Below, piece by piece: positions 10,070 to 18,284 of a stretch of 64,000 bases of DNA. The notes below the pieces were generated by a model. The model had not been told where the DNA came from. It saw only the letters and a program-made list of their open reading frames with translations, and made no database searches. The stretch's first letter is position 1; each line of letters begins with the position of its first letter. The position numbers and the translations under genes were made by a program. Source of the DNA: Oceanispirochaeta sp. (GTDB lineage Bacteria; Spirochaetota; Spirochaetia; DSM-2461); the NCBI GenBank assembly GCA_963666275.2, contig CAXXOA010000002.1:1184001-1248000 (forward strand), given 5' to 3'.

Positions 10070-10321
10070 ACCCTCTCCCCCGGCCCCTCTCCCAGAGGGA
10101 GAGGGGAATCAAAGGGGTGAGGGTTGGAATGGGCTGGCAGGTTAATCGGGGGGGGCTTTTCACTTTGTGATTAGAGAATCAGGATATTTTCAGCGTTATA
10201 TATGCTGGTTATAAACCCTCTCCCCCGGCTCCTATACCTGGGGGCGAGGGGTGTGTGGTTCTCGTAGGGATATCCCGGACTCCTCTCCCTCTGGGAGAGG
10301 GGAATCAAAGGGGTGAGGGTT
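10070..10321. repeat. Two further repeat units on the other side of the DUF559 gene: collapsed unit 10070-10125 and diverged full unit 10214-10321
   Basis: Same ACCCTCTCCCCCGGC… and …GGGAGAGGGGAATCAAAGGGGTGAGGGTT arms as the units at 8998-9576. Confidence 0.93.
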
Positions 10322-10387
10322 GGATTCCCCTGCGAACACCCCCGAAATCCCTTATACTTATACCTGTTCTAATTCTAAGGAGGAATC

Positions 10388-11293
10388 ATGGTTTACAGAA
10401 CTCTGGGAAAAACAGGTCTGGAGGTTTCGGTGATCGGGCTGGGGACCTGGCAGTTCGGCGGTGAGTGGGGGGTGGATTTTACCCAGCCCCAGGTGGATGC
10501 TGTTTTTGATGCCGCCAGGGAAACAGGGATAAACCTGATCGATACGGCCGAATGCTACGGGGATCATCTTTCGGAGAAATTTGTCGGTCAGGCTGTAAAA
10601 AAGGACAGGGACAATTGGATAATCGCCACCAAATTCGGCCATCACTTTGCGGGGCATCTGAAGCGGGAGCAGCTCTGGACGGTCCGGGATGTACAGGCCC
10701 AGCTGGAAGGCTCCCTGAAGAGCCTGGGGGTGGAACAGATCGATATTTATCAGTTCCATTCGGGAAAAAATGAATATTTTGAGAATGATGAGCTGTGGAC
10801 CTGGCTGGATAAGCAGAAGCAGGCGGGCAAAATAGCCCATATCGGAATTTCCATCTCCAACAGCCACGAAGGGGTCATGGAGCCTCAGTCGGCCCGAGCT
10901 GTGGAAGTAGGGGCGGAAATGCTGCAGCTCTACTACAACCGGCTGGACCGCCGGCCCGAAGAGAAGGTTTTTCCCGTCTGCCGGGAGCAGAACCTGGGGG
11001 TTTTTGCCCGGGTACCCCTGGCCAGCGGTTTCCTGAGCGGAAAATATCACAAAGGGGATACCTTCCCGTCCAATGATGTGCGGGGCGCCCAGTCTCAGGA
11101 GGAGATCAATGCTGTTCTGGAACAGGTGGAAGAGATTCGGAAAACCGAAGTTCCCCCCGGTGTTCCCATGGCTGCCTGGGCCCTGGCCTGGTGTCTGAAA
11201 GATCCTGTGGTGACGGCGGTCATTCCGGGCAGCAAGAATCCTGAACAGGTTCGGAAAAATGCAGCCGCAGCGGAACTTGCGGGATCCCTATAG
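10388..11293 (+). CDS. Aldo/keto reductase
   Basis: LGKTGLEVSVIGLGTWQFGG, DTAECYG, IATKFG, IDIYQFH, VIPGSKNPEQV. Confidence 0.95.
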   Translation: MVYRTLGKTGLEVSVIGLGTWQFGGEWGVDFTQPQVDAVFDAARETGINLIDTAECYGDHLSEKFVGQAVKKDRDNWIIATKFGHHFAGHLKREQLWTVRDVQAQLEGSLKSLGVEQIDIYQFHSGKNEYFENDELWTWLDKQKQAGKIAHIGISISNSHEGVMEPQSARAVEVGAEMLQLYYNRLDRRPEEKVFPVCREQNLGVFARVPLASGFLSGKYHKGDTFPSNDVRGAQSQEEINAVLEQVEEIRKTEVPPGVPMAAWALAWCLKDPVVTAVIPGSKNPEQVRKNAAAAELAGSL

Positions 11294-12640
11294 AACTTTC
11301 CGTCCCTGAATATAGACCGAACGGATATGCTCGGGATCCGCTCCGAAAAGGACTTTCTGAAAAAGGATATCCCTGTCCATCTCAGGAAGGATCAGAAAAG
11401 GCGGATTTCCCGCTGTCATATCCACAACCTGGGCGTCGAAAGCGTATCCCGGAGCCAGTTTCCCTACGGGAAGACTCAGAGCTTCTCCTCCGCCGGCTGT
11501 GGCCAGATAGAATGCCTCTTTCAGGGTTATCCGGGAATCCCGGCGGCCCCTGTCTTCCGGGGAGCGGGAGGGATCGGTACCGTCTTCCAGCATCCGGGAG
11601 GAGGTCACCGCCTGCCGGATGTTCTGCAGGATCCCCGGTGAGTAGCCGGCGGATATATCCGTCCCCAGTCCCACTTCCAGACCTTCCGACATATACTCTT
11701 TAATGGGAGCCACGCAGTTGGCAAAGTAGGCATTCGACAGGGGGCAGTGAGCCACGGCGGTTCCTGTCTTTTTAAAGAGCGCTCTGTCATCCCTGTCGAG
11801 CAGAACACTATGGGCCATCACAGACTTTTCCCTGAGAAGGCCGAAATCGTTCAGCGCCGCCGCGTCGTTTTTACCGAATCTCTTTCTGACGAAGTTGTGT
11901 TCCCAGTCACCCTCGCTGCAGTGGGACTGGACATGGACATTGTACTTTGCCGCCAGTCTTCCCAGGCCGGCCAGTGCTTCATCGCTGCAGCTGGGAATGA
12001 ACCGGGGGGTGACCACAGGATAGACTCCCTGGGGAACGGTTTTTCCCAGTTCCTGTACCTGCTGAATAAACTCTTCCGTATCCGCCAGAGCCTCCTCGGG
12101 GGAGGCGTCCCTGTAGAAGTCGGGGTTTTCCTCCTGATGGTCCATCACAACCTTTCCCACCAGTCCTCTCTGTCCCTTTTCGGCGCAGATCTCTGCCAGC
12201 AGATAACTGCTCTCTTTGTGGATCGTGGCAAAGTAGAGGGCTGTGGTTGTGCCGTTGGCAATCAGGGTGTCCACCAGATGGGTGTAGACCTGCCGGGCAT
12301 ATTCGGTATCCTCATACCGGGCTTCCAGGGGAAAGGTGCAGCTGTTGAGCCACTCGTTCAGAGGCAGATCCAGGGCGGTTCCGATCTGGGGCCACTGGGG
12401 CGCATGGATGTGGAGGTCCACAAAGCCGGGAAGGAAGTACTGATGGGGTTTCAGTTCTACAAGCCGGTTCTCCCGGGCGGCCTGACTGAGAAGAGGGCTG
12501 TACTCTTTCTCTCCGGGCTGCAGAATCTTTGCGATCATACCCTTCCCGTCAACACAGAAAAGGGAATCCTTCAGTATCTCTATGGCATCGGGGCTTATGC
12601 TTGTAAAGCCGGTGCCTTTAAATATGGTTTGCCAGTTCAT
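11288..12640 (-). CDS. guaD: Guanine deaminase
   Basis: PGFVDLHIHAPQ, NGTTTALYFATIH, TPRFIPSCS, QSHCSE, HCPLSN, GLGTDISAG. Confidence 0.92.
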   Translation of the reverse strand: MNWQTIFKGTGFTSISPDAIEILKDSLFCVDGKGMIAKILQPGEKEYSPLLSQAARENRLVELKPHQYFLPGFVDLHIHAPQWPQIGTALDLPLNEWLNSCTFPLEARYEDTEYARQVYTHLVDTLIANGTTTALYFATIHKESSYLLAEICAEKGQRGLVGKVVMDHQEENPDFYRDASPEEALADTEEFIQQVQELGKTVPQGVYPVVTPRFIPSCSDEALAGLGRLAAKYNVHVQSHCSEGDWEHNFVRKRFGKNDAAALNDFGLLREKSVMAHSVLLDRDDRALFKKTGTAVAHCPLSNAYFANCVAPIKEYMSEGLEVGLGTDISAGYSPGILQNIRQAVTSSRMLEDGTDPSRSPEDRGRRDSRITLKEAFYLATAGGGEALSLPVGKLAPGYAFDAQVVDMTAGNPPFLILPEMDRDILFQKVLFGADPEHIRSVYIQGRKVL

Positions 12641-12658
12641 CGTGGGCCGCTCCGGGGT

Positions 12659-13111
12659 TCAGGATTTTTCCAGTGATGTCAGATGATCCAGGAGTTTGTT
12701 CAGAGTCTCCTTCAGCTGGAGTACCTCCGGCTCGGAAAGATCCTCTGTTTTCAGATTTTCCACCAGTTGGAAAGGGACACTGGCGGCTTTTTCTCTCAGC
12801 TGCCTTCCCTCTCCGGTGAGAGTTACGACCACCTTCCGCTCATCCGATCTGTCTCTGACCCTTTCCAGCAGTCCGTTCTGTTCCATCCGTTTCAGAAGGG
12901 GAGTGATGGTATTGGTATTCAGCACCAGCTTCTCTCTGATCGCATTGACGGTGATCCCGTCGTTTTCCCAGAGGACCATCAGGACAAGGTACTGGGGGTA
13001 GGTCAGCCCCAGCTCTTCCAGCAGGGGCTGATAGGTTCTGGTAATCAGCCGGGAGACCGCATAGAGGGGGAAACAAATCTGATTTTCCAGTTTTAACTGT
13101 TCGTAACTCAT
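12659..13111 (-). CDS. OhrR-like MarR family regulator
   Basis: LKLENQICFPLYA.SR…LGLTYPQYLVLMVLWE, with the OhrR-type N-terminal Cys. Start taken at MSYEQ. Confidence 0.9.
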   Translation of the reverse strand: MSYEQLKLENQICFPLYAVSRLITRTYQPLLEELGLTYPQYLVLMVLWENDGITVNAIREKLVLNTNTITPLLKRMEQNGLLERVRDRSDERKVVVTLTGEGRQLREKAASVPFQLVENLKTEDLSEPEVLQLKETLNKLLDHLTSLEKS

Positions 13112-13162
13112 ATATCTAAAAATATCCTGTTTACCCGGGGGCATCAAGTTCATCCGGAATAC

Positions 13163-13645
13163 TTATTTCCCCAGAAGTTTTTCAATATCCCCGGCGATTT
13201 TGGAGGGATCCGTCATGGGGGAGAAGCGTTTCACGGGTTTTCCCTCTTTATCGATTAAGAATTTGGTGAAGTTCCATTTGATGCTGTTTCCGATGACACC
13301 GGGTTTTTCGCTTCTCAGATAGGAATACAGGGGATGGGCATTCTCTCCGTTGACCTCCACTTTGCTGAAAAGGGGAAAGGTCACTCCGAAATTCCTGCTG
13401 CAGAACTGCTGGATCTCTTCGTCTCCCCCCGGTTCCTGATGGGCAAACTGGTCACAGGGAAATCCGAGGATTTCCAGGCCTTTCCCCTTGTAGTTCTCAT
13501 AGAGCTTCTGCAGCTCCTTGTACTGGGGGGTAAAGCCGCAATTGCTGGCTGTGTTCACCACCAGAACCACCTTGCCGTTATATTTGCTCATGCTCTCTTC
13601 GCTGCCTGTTATGGTTTTTGCTTTAAAATTGTAAAAACTGCTCAT
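13163..13645 (-). CDS. gpx: Glutathione/thioredoxin peroxidase (Cys-type Gpx)
   Basis: VVNTASNCGFTPQY, LGFPCDQF..QEPG, IKWNFTKFLID. Start ATG 13645 with AGGAG RBS. Confidence 0.95.
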   Translation of the reverse strand: MSSFYNFKAKTITGSEESMSKYNGKVVLVVNTASNCGFTPQYKELQKLYENYKGKGLEILGFPCDQFAHQEPGGDEEIQQFCSRNFGVTFPLFSKVEVNGENAHPLYSYLRSEKPGVIGNSIKWNFTKFLIDKEGKPVKRFSPMTDPSKIAGDIEKLLGK

Positions 13646-13670
13646 TCTGTTCTCCTGAAATATAAGATAT

Positions 13671-13692
13671 GTGCGATTATATCGCACGCGAT
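13671..13692 (-). promoter_or_regulatory. Inverted-repeat operator upstream of gpx (probable OhrR-like site)
   Basis: GTGCGAT-TAT-ATCGCAC perfect inverted repeat overlapping a second dyad ATCGC-AC-GCGAT. Confidence 0.6.
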
Positions 13693-13815
13693 ATAAAATG
13701 TCAAGGAGAAACTTCCACCACAGGCAACAACCAAAGCCCTTGTGCTTAAGGAGCCCTCCCACTATGATGGCTCTGTAAAAAAAAGAACGAATGAAATACT
13801 GATCAAGGAAGAATC

Positions 13816-14355
13816 ATGAAAAAGTTACTGCCCCTTCTGTTTCTGTTTTCTGCGGGTCTGCTCTTTTCCCAGGACTTTGAACTGCTGGGACGCTGGCTCT
13901 GTAAAACCGAAGATATCCGGCTTGTCACCCTGGCGCTTCCCACTATACCGGGGCCTGATGATTATGCTGCTATGGATCCGGAACTGCTGGAAGATCTGGA
14001 TGAGACCTACTGGTTTCAGCATTTCCAGCAGGAAGGCTCTGTGGAATATGATTTTGACACGGCTTCGGGAGATCAGAAAAATGTGATTTTCGAGTTTTCG
14101 GAAGATGGAACCGGCAGCTTTGATCATATGCCCCTGGAATATTATCCTGACGGGAACTATAACGAGTATGTGATCACCGGCGATGAGTTTGATTCCACTG
14201 AGGACAGGAGGGTTGAAAGGACTATCCTTCAGTACCACATGGAGGAGCATCCTGTGATCTATCTCTATCACCATTCCCTGCGGAATTACCGCTCCGAGAT
14301 GGAGATCACCCTATTGAAATTCCGGGTGATCAAACCCCTTCGAGAGGAGCCCTGA
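13816..14355 (+). CDS. Hypothetical exported protein
   Basis: Signal peptide MKKLLPLLFLFSAGLLFS; AAGGA RBS; acidic mature region. Confidence 0.7.
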   Translation: MKKLLPLLFLFSAGLLFSQDFELLGRWLCKTEDIRLVTLALPTIPGPDDYAAMDPELLEDLDETYWFQHFQQEGSVEYDFDTASGDQKNVIFEFSEDGTGSFDHMPLEYYPDGNYNEYVITGDEFDSTEDRRVERTILQYHMEEHPVIYLYHHSLRNYRSEMEITLLKFRVIKPLREEP

Positions 14356-14375
14356 GGGCTCTCCCGGGCGGATTG

Positions 14376-15086
14376 TCAGAGACTCCTTTCAAGCAGAAGG
14401 GTTTTCATCTGTTCCAGATAAGAGTCTGTCAGGATCAGAGTGTCCAGGGTCTCCAGGGGAATCCCCGCAATCCGGGAGAGGGCGGTGGAAAATCCGTGTA
14501 TTATCCGGGAGATCTTTTCTTCCGCCCCGGGCTGCTCCGGATCTGCCATCACTGCATTGATCTGGCGGCTCATCCCGAGATCCAGGTAGTGGATATAGAC
14601 CGCCAGAATCTCTGGATCTCCTTCGAAGTCACAGAGTCCTTCGGTCCGGCCCTGGGCAAAGAGCCGGGAAAAAACCTCCCTGTAGAGCTTTTCACTGTAG
14701 GAACCCATTATCTGCTCCATAAGGAGGTTACCCCGCTCAGGGCGGGGGGGATCTGCTTTCTTTTCAAACTCCGCTGATGCGGTATTCATTCCCGAGGCTC
14801 TTGCCAGCTGCATCACAGCCAGAAGTTTGTCATGCATATCCGGACCTGTTTCCTCCACAATAGGCAGGAAGAGCTGCTTCATCTGAAGGTAGTAGCTGCG
14901 GCAGATCTCCTCCAGTACCTCTTCCTTCGAAGCAAAATGGTTGTACAGGGCTCCTTTGGAGAGTCCGCAGCTGTCGGCTATTTTCTGTATTGTCGTATTC
15001 TCGTATCCGATCTTCCGGAAGAGCTCTTCTGTCCGGGCGAGTATTTCCCTGTAGGTTTTCTCTTTCTGCTGTTCCCTCTTATTCAT
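14376..15086 (-). CDS. TetR/AcrR family regulator
   Basis: LFRKIGYENTTIQKIADSCGLSKGALYNHFASKEE. Confidence 0.93.
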   Translation of the reverse strand: MNKREQQKEKTYREILARTEELFRKIGYENTTIQKIADSCGLSKGALYNHFASKEEVLEEICRSYYLQMKQLFLPIVEETGPDMHDKLLAVMQLARASGMNTASAEFEKKADPPRPERGNLLMEQIMGSYSEKLYREVFSRLFAQGRTEGLCDFEGDPEILAVYIHYLDLGMSRQINAVMADPEQPGAEEKISRIIHGFSTALSRIAGIPLETLDTLILTDSYLEQMKTLLLERSL

Positions 15087-15174
15087 CAGAACTCCGTATC
15101 CTTTTTGAATCCATGCTCCACCATATTAGCCGCTTTTCCTGTTCCTGCAAAGTTTTCAGGCCTTTCCGCAGTGA

Positions 15175-15924
15175 TTACTGAAGAGTCAGCCACTGGAGAA
15201 GAGACTCCTCTCTCTCTTTTCCGCTGGTTCCGGGATGGGCATTCCTGTAGGATCCTGTGATCTCCCCGTCTTTCATGTACAGGACTGTTTCGGCCTGAGC
15301 CGCCACCCTGGCATCATGTGTGACAAGAAGTATGGTGACACCTGTGCTGTTGAGTTCCCTGAACAGGCGGATTATCTCATCGGTGGAACGGGAGTCCAGG
15401 GCGCCAGTGGGTTCATCTCCGAAGAGGATCCGGGGCTCATTGATCAGAGCCCGGCAGAGGGAGGCTCTCTGAAGCTGCCCCCCGGAGGCCTGACTGACAT
15501 GCCTGCGGCCCAGTTCGGAAATTCCTGTCTGATCCATAAGCTGTTCCGCCGAGCGATGAATCTCTTTCCGGGGTTTTCTCCCCGCCAGGAAGGCCGAAGC
15601 CATGATGTTGTCTTTGATATTCAGGTTTTTTATCAGATGGTTCTGCTGAAAAACAAAACCCATTTTATGAAGCCGCAGGCCCGCAAGCTCATTTTCGGAA
15701 AGGTCCTCCAGCTTCTGTCCCTCAAACTCCACACTGCCCAGGGTCATCCTGTCCAGACCGCTTATGTTGTAGAGAAGGGTGGATTTGCCCGATCCCGAAG
15801 GGCCCATGACGGCAATATAATCCCCTTGGTTGACTGTCAGATCGACCCCGCTGAGAGCGGTTTTTCCTGAATTTTCCTCTGCAAATACTTTTGTCACCTT
15901 TTCGGCTTTTAAAATAGTCTTCAT
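15175..15924 (-). CDS. ABC transporter ATP-binding protein (LolD/MacB type)
   Basis: GPSGSGKST, SGGQLQR, DEPTGALD, LVTHD. Confidence 0.95.
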   Translation of the reverse strand: MKTILKAEKVTKVFAEENSGKTALSGVDLTVNQGDYIAVMGPSGSGKSTLLYNISGLDRMTLGSVEFEGQKLEDLSENELAGLRLHKMGFVFQQNHLIKNLNIKDNIMASAFLAGRKPRKEIHRSAEQLMDQTGISELGRRHVSQASGGQLQRASLCRALINEPRILFGDEPTGALDSRSTDEIIRLFRELNSTGVTILLVTHDARVAAQAETVLYMKDGEITGSYRNAHPGTSGKEREESLLQWLTLQ

Positions 15925-15947
15925 CTTTTGACTCCTCTGTCTTTTTC

Positions 15948-18284
15948 CTATTCCGCATTCATGGCGGAAATATTCTTCTGCGATATGTTCCTGGTGGATA
16001 TCACCAGAGCACCCGTTACCGTGAGGATCATCATCAGGGGGAAGAAGAGATAGGATCCCAGGGTGTTTATTTCAAAACTGATGGATGAGGCTCCCAGAAA
16101 AGACCAGATGAATCCGACAAGCTTCTCACCGGCTGTGTTGGCAGCCGCCGTACCCAGGACAAACCCTGTTAGAATCAGAATCATCATTCCGGTGAAGTAC
16201 TGCTTCCGGATCTGGCCGGAGGAAAACCCCAGGCAGCGCATAATCGCGATCCGTCCGGAATCCTTGAGGATCATGAGCCTCAGGAAAAGGGAGGTTATAA
16301 ACGCTGTGATCAGAATGGCAGAGAATGCGGCGGTGAGACTCATCCTTTTCAGCTGGGTCACAACGCTGCCCAGAGTCTGGGACAGGTACTCTTCCAGAAG
16401 GCTCACTCTGGCCGGTCTGAACAGTGCACTGTACTCTCTGACTTTGGCGGGCCCTGTCAGTTCCGGATTCCTCAGGCTTATGTTGATCACATACCAGAGG
16501 GTGTTTTCCGTCCCGGGGGGATCCACGGCCTTGGCTGTGAGGCCGCCATTGGTGATATCCTGATAGATGCCGCTTATCCTCATGGTCCGGGTTCCTGTTT
16601 CGGAATAGAGGGTGAGTTCTTCTCCCACACGGGCATTCAGGTTGCGGGCGTTCAGCTGTGAAAGGGCGATCTCTCCGCTTTCATCCGGGGCTGATCCAGA
16701 CTGGTACTCCAGGGGGAAGGCGGAAAAATCTCCGGTCTCCACATTCAGGTTCTCCTTCTCTCCATGGGACGTTTCAATCCGGTAGCGCCCTGTTTTCATA
16801 GGGGCATAGTGTAAAACCTCCGGGTCATTCTCAAGAATCTTCTGAATCTCCTCAAAGCGCCGATCCCTGTCTTCGCTGTAGGACAGATCTATCCGGATAT
16901 CGCATTCCCCTATGCCCATATAGCGGATAAAAGAGGGGGAATCCAGGGTGTTTACAAGGTTCAGCGGTACCAGGATCACGAAGGCTGAGGCAAAAAATAT
17001 TGTTCCGATGACCCAGTAGAGCCGGAACCGGTGGAGCAGATCCCGGGCTCCCAGGAGGATATTGATATCCCCGATGCGGGAGGAGCCCAGAGATATGGTT
17101 GCGGTTCTGCCAGTTGTTCCGGTTTCTCCCCTGAGTCCGGTTAGGGCGGACACGTTCCTGAACCTTCGGAGAAGGAGGAGGCAGAAGACAAGAACCACCG
17201 CAAAAGTACTTATCGGACCTGTCAGGGGCAGGAGCTTTTCTCCCGGCGACAGAGGGGCTTCGCCCAGGTAGAGGCGTATCTTTTCCGATAGCAGGGGATA
17301 CAGGAGGAATGAAAGGGCGTATCCTCCCAGAGAGGCTATACCCGCCAGGAGGGAGTACTTTCCCAGGTAGAGATGCGAAACAAAGCGGCGGGGAAATCCC
17401 AGAGCCTTCATCACACTGATCTCCCGGCTGTCTTCCTCCAGGGCGGCCAGAATCGAAAACCTCAGGCAGAGCAGGGCAATCAGGGTGAACAGCAGAGTCA
17501 CAAGGATCAGAAGAGCCACAGTGATTCCCGAAGTCAGAGCATTGAGGAGTGTGAAGAGATCTCTCGTCACTGCCGGTCCGTTTGCGGGCAGGCCTGCTTT
17601 TTCGTACTGGTCCGCCAGATCTTCGCTTGTTTCCGGGTCCTTCAGGAGATACTCCATCAGGTATTCGTCTATGCCTTCCCGGCTCCGGAGTTCCTGGAAA
17701 TCTCCGGGACTGAGAACAAATCGTTTGGAGTGAACCAGGGCGGGATTCATCTGGGCATCCCTGACAAAAGCGGCAATCCGGAACAGCTTTCTGTAATCCT
17801 CAGTTTCGATCAGAAGGGTATCATTGAGGGTGAGGTTTCGGGTCTCCATAAAAAACAGGGGAACTCCGATCTCGCCGTCTGAAAGCTGAACCGGCCTGTT
17901 CTCCAGATCCAGGAGCCGGTCGAATCTTTCATTCCCTGTCACCAGGCTCAGATCCATAACACTCCCGGCCAGGGATTCCTTTTCTTCTCCCGGGAGTATT
18001 TCCGATCCGTCCAGATTGATCATTTCCACAATCTGGAAATCTCTGACAAGAGGGTTCTCCCGGGACCACTCTTCCACCTCTTCCCGGTTCACAGGGCCTG
18101 CGTGCATCTGCACATAGTCCGGGATTTCCGCCCTGAGAAAGAGGGCATCCACAGATCTGACTGTCTGCTGGATGAGGGATACGGCTGTTCCGGCCATCAT
18201 GGCCGGAAGCAGGATGAAAAGGACCAGAAGCAGGTTCATCATCCTGTTCTTTTTCAGATCATTGCTTAGAATCTTAAAGGTCAT
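15948..18284 (-). CDS. FtsX-like ABC transporter permease with duplicated architecture
   Basis: Two extracytoplasmic domain + TM blocks with EISVMKALGF and IAIMRCLGF motifs. Confidence 0.9.
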   Translation of the reverse strand: MTFKILSNDLKKNRMMNLLLVLFILLPAMMAGTAVSLIQQTVRSVDALFLRAEIPDYVQMHAGPVNREEVEEWSRENPLVRDFQIVEMINLDGSEILPGEEKESLAGSVMDLSLVTGNERFDRLLDLENRPVQLSDGEIGVPLFFMETRNLTLNDTLLIETEDYRKLFRIAAFVRDAQMNPALVHSKRFVLSPGDFQELRSREGIDEYLMEYLLKDPETSEDLADQYEKAGLPANGPAVTRDLFTLLNALTSGITVALLILVTLLFTLIALLCLRFSILAALEEDSREISVMKALGFPRRFVSHLYLGKYSLLAGIASLGGYALSFLLYPLLSEKIRLYLGEAPLSPGEKLLPLTGPISTFAVVLVFCLLLLRRFRNVSALTGLRGETGTTGRTATISLGSSRIGDINILLGARDLLHRFRLYWVIGTIFFASAFVILVPLNLVNTLDSPSFIRYMGIGECDIRIDLSYSEDRDRRFEEIQKILENDPEVLHYAPMKTGRYRIETSHGEKENLNVETGDFSAFPLEYQSGSAPDESGEIALSQLNARNLNARVGEELTLYSETGTRTMRISGIYQDITNGGLTAKAVDPPGTENTLWYVINISLRNPELTGPAKVREYSALFRPARVSLLEEYLSQTLGSVVTQLKRMSLTAAFSAILITAFITSLFLRLMILKDSGRIAIMRCLGFSSGQIRKQYFTGMMILILTGFVLGTAAANTAGEKLVGFIWSFLGASSISFEINTLGSYLFFPLMMILTVTGALVISTRNISQKNISAMNAE

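Noticed and set aside
8998..10321. Repeat array as a CRISPR array
   Set aside because: Units are 55-150 bp with complex internal palindromes, two spacers are near-identical, and no cas genes are in the window.
13163..13645. Gpx as a selenoprotein
   Set aside because: The active-site codon is Cys (NCG) in an uninterrupted ORF.
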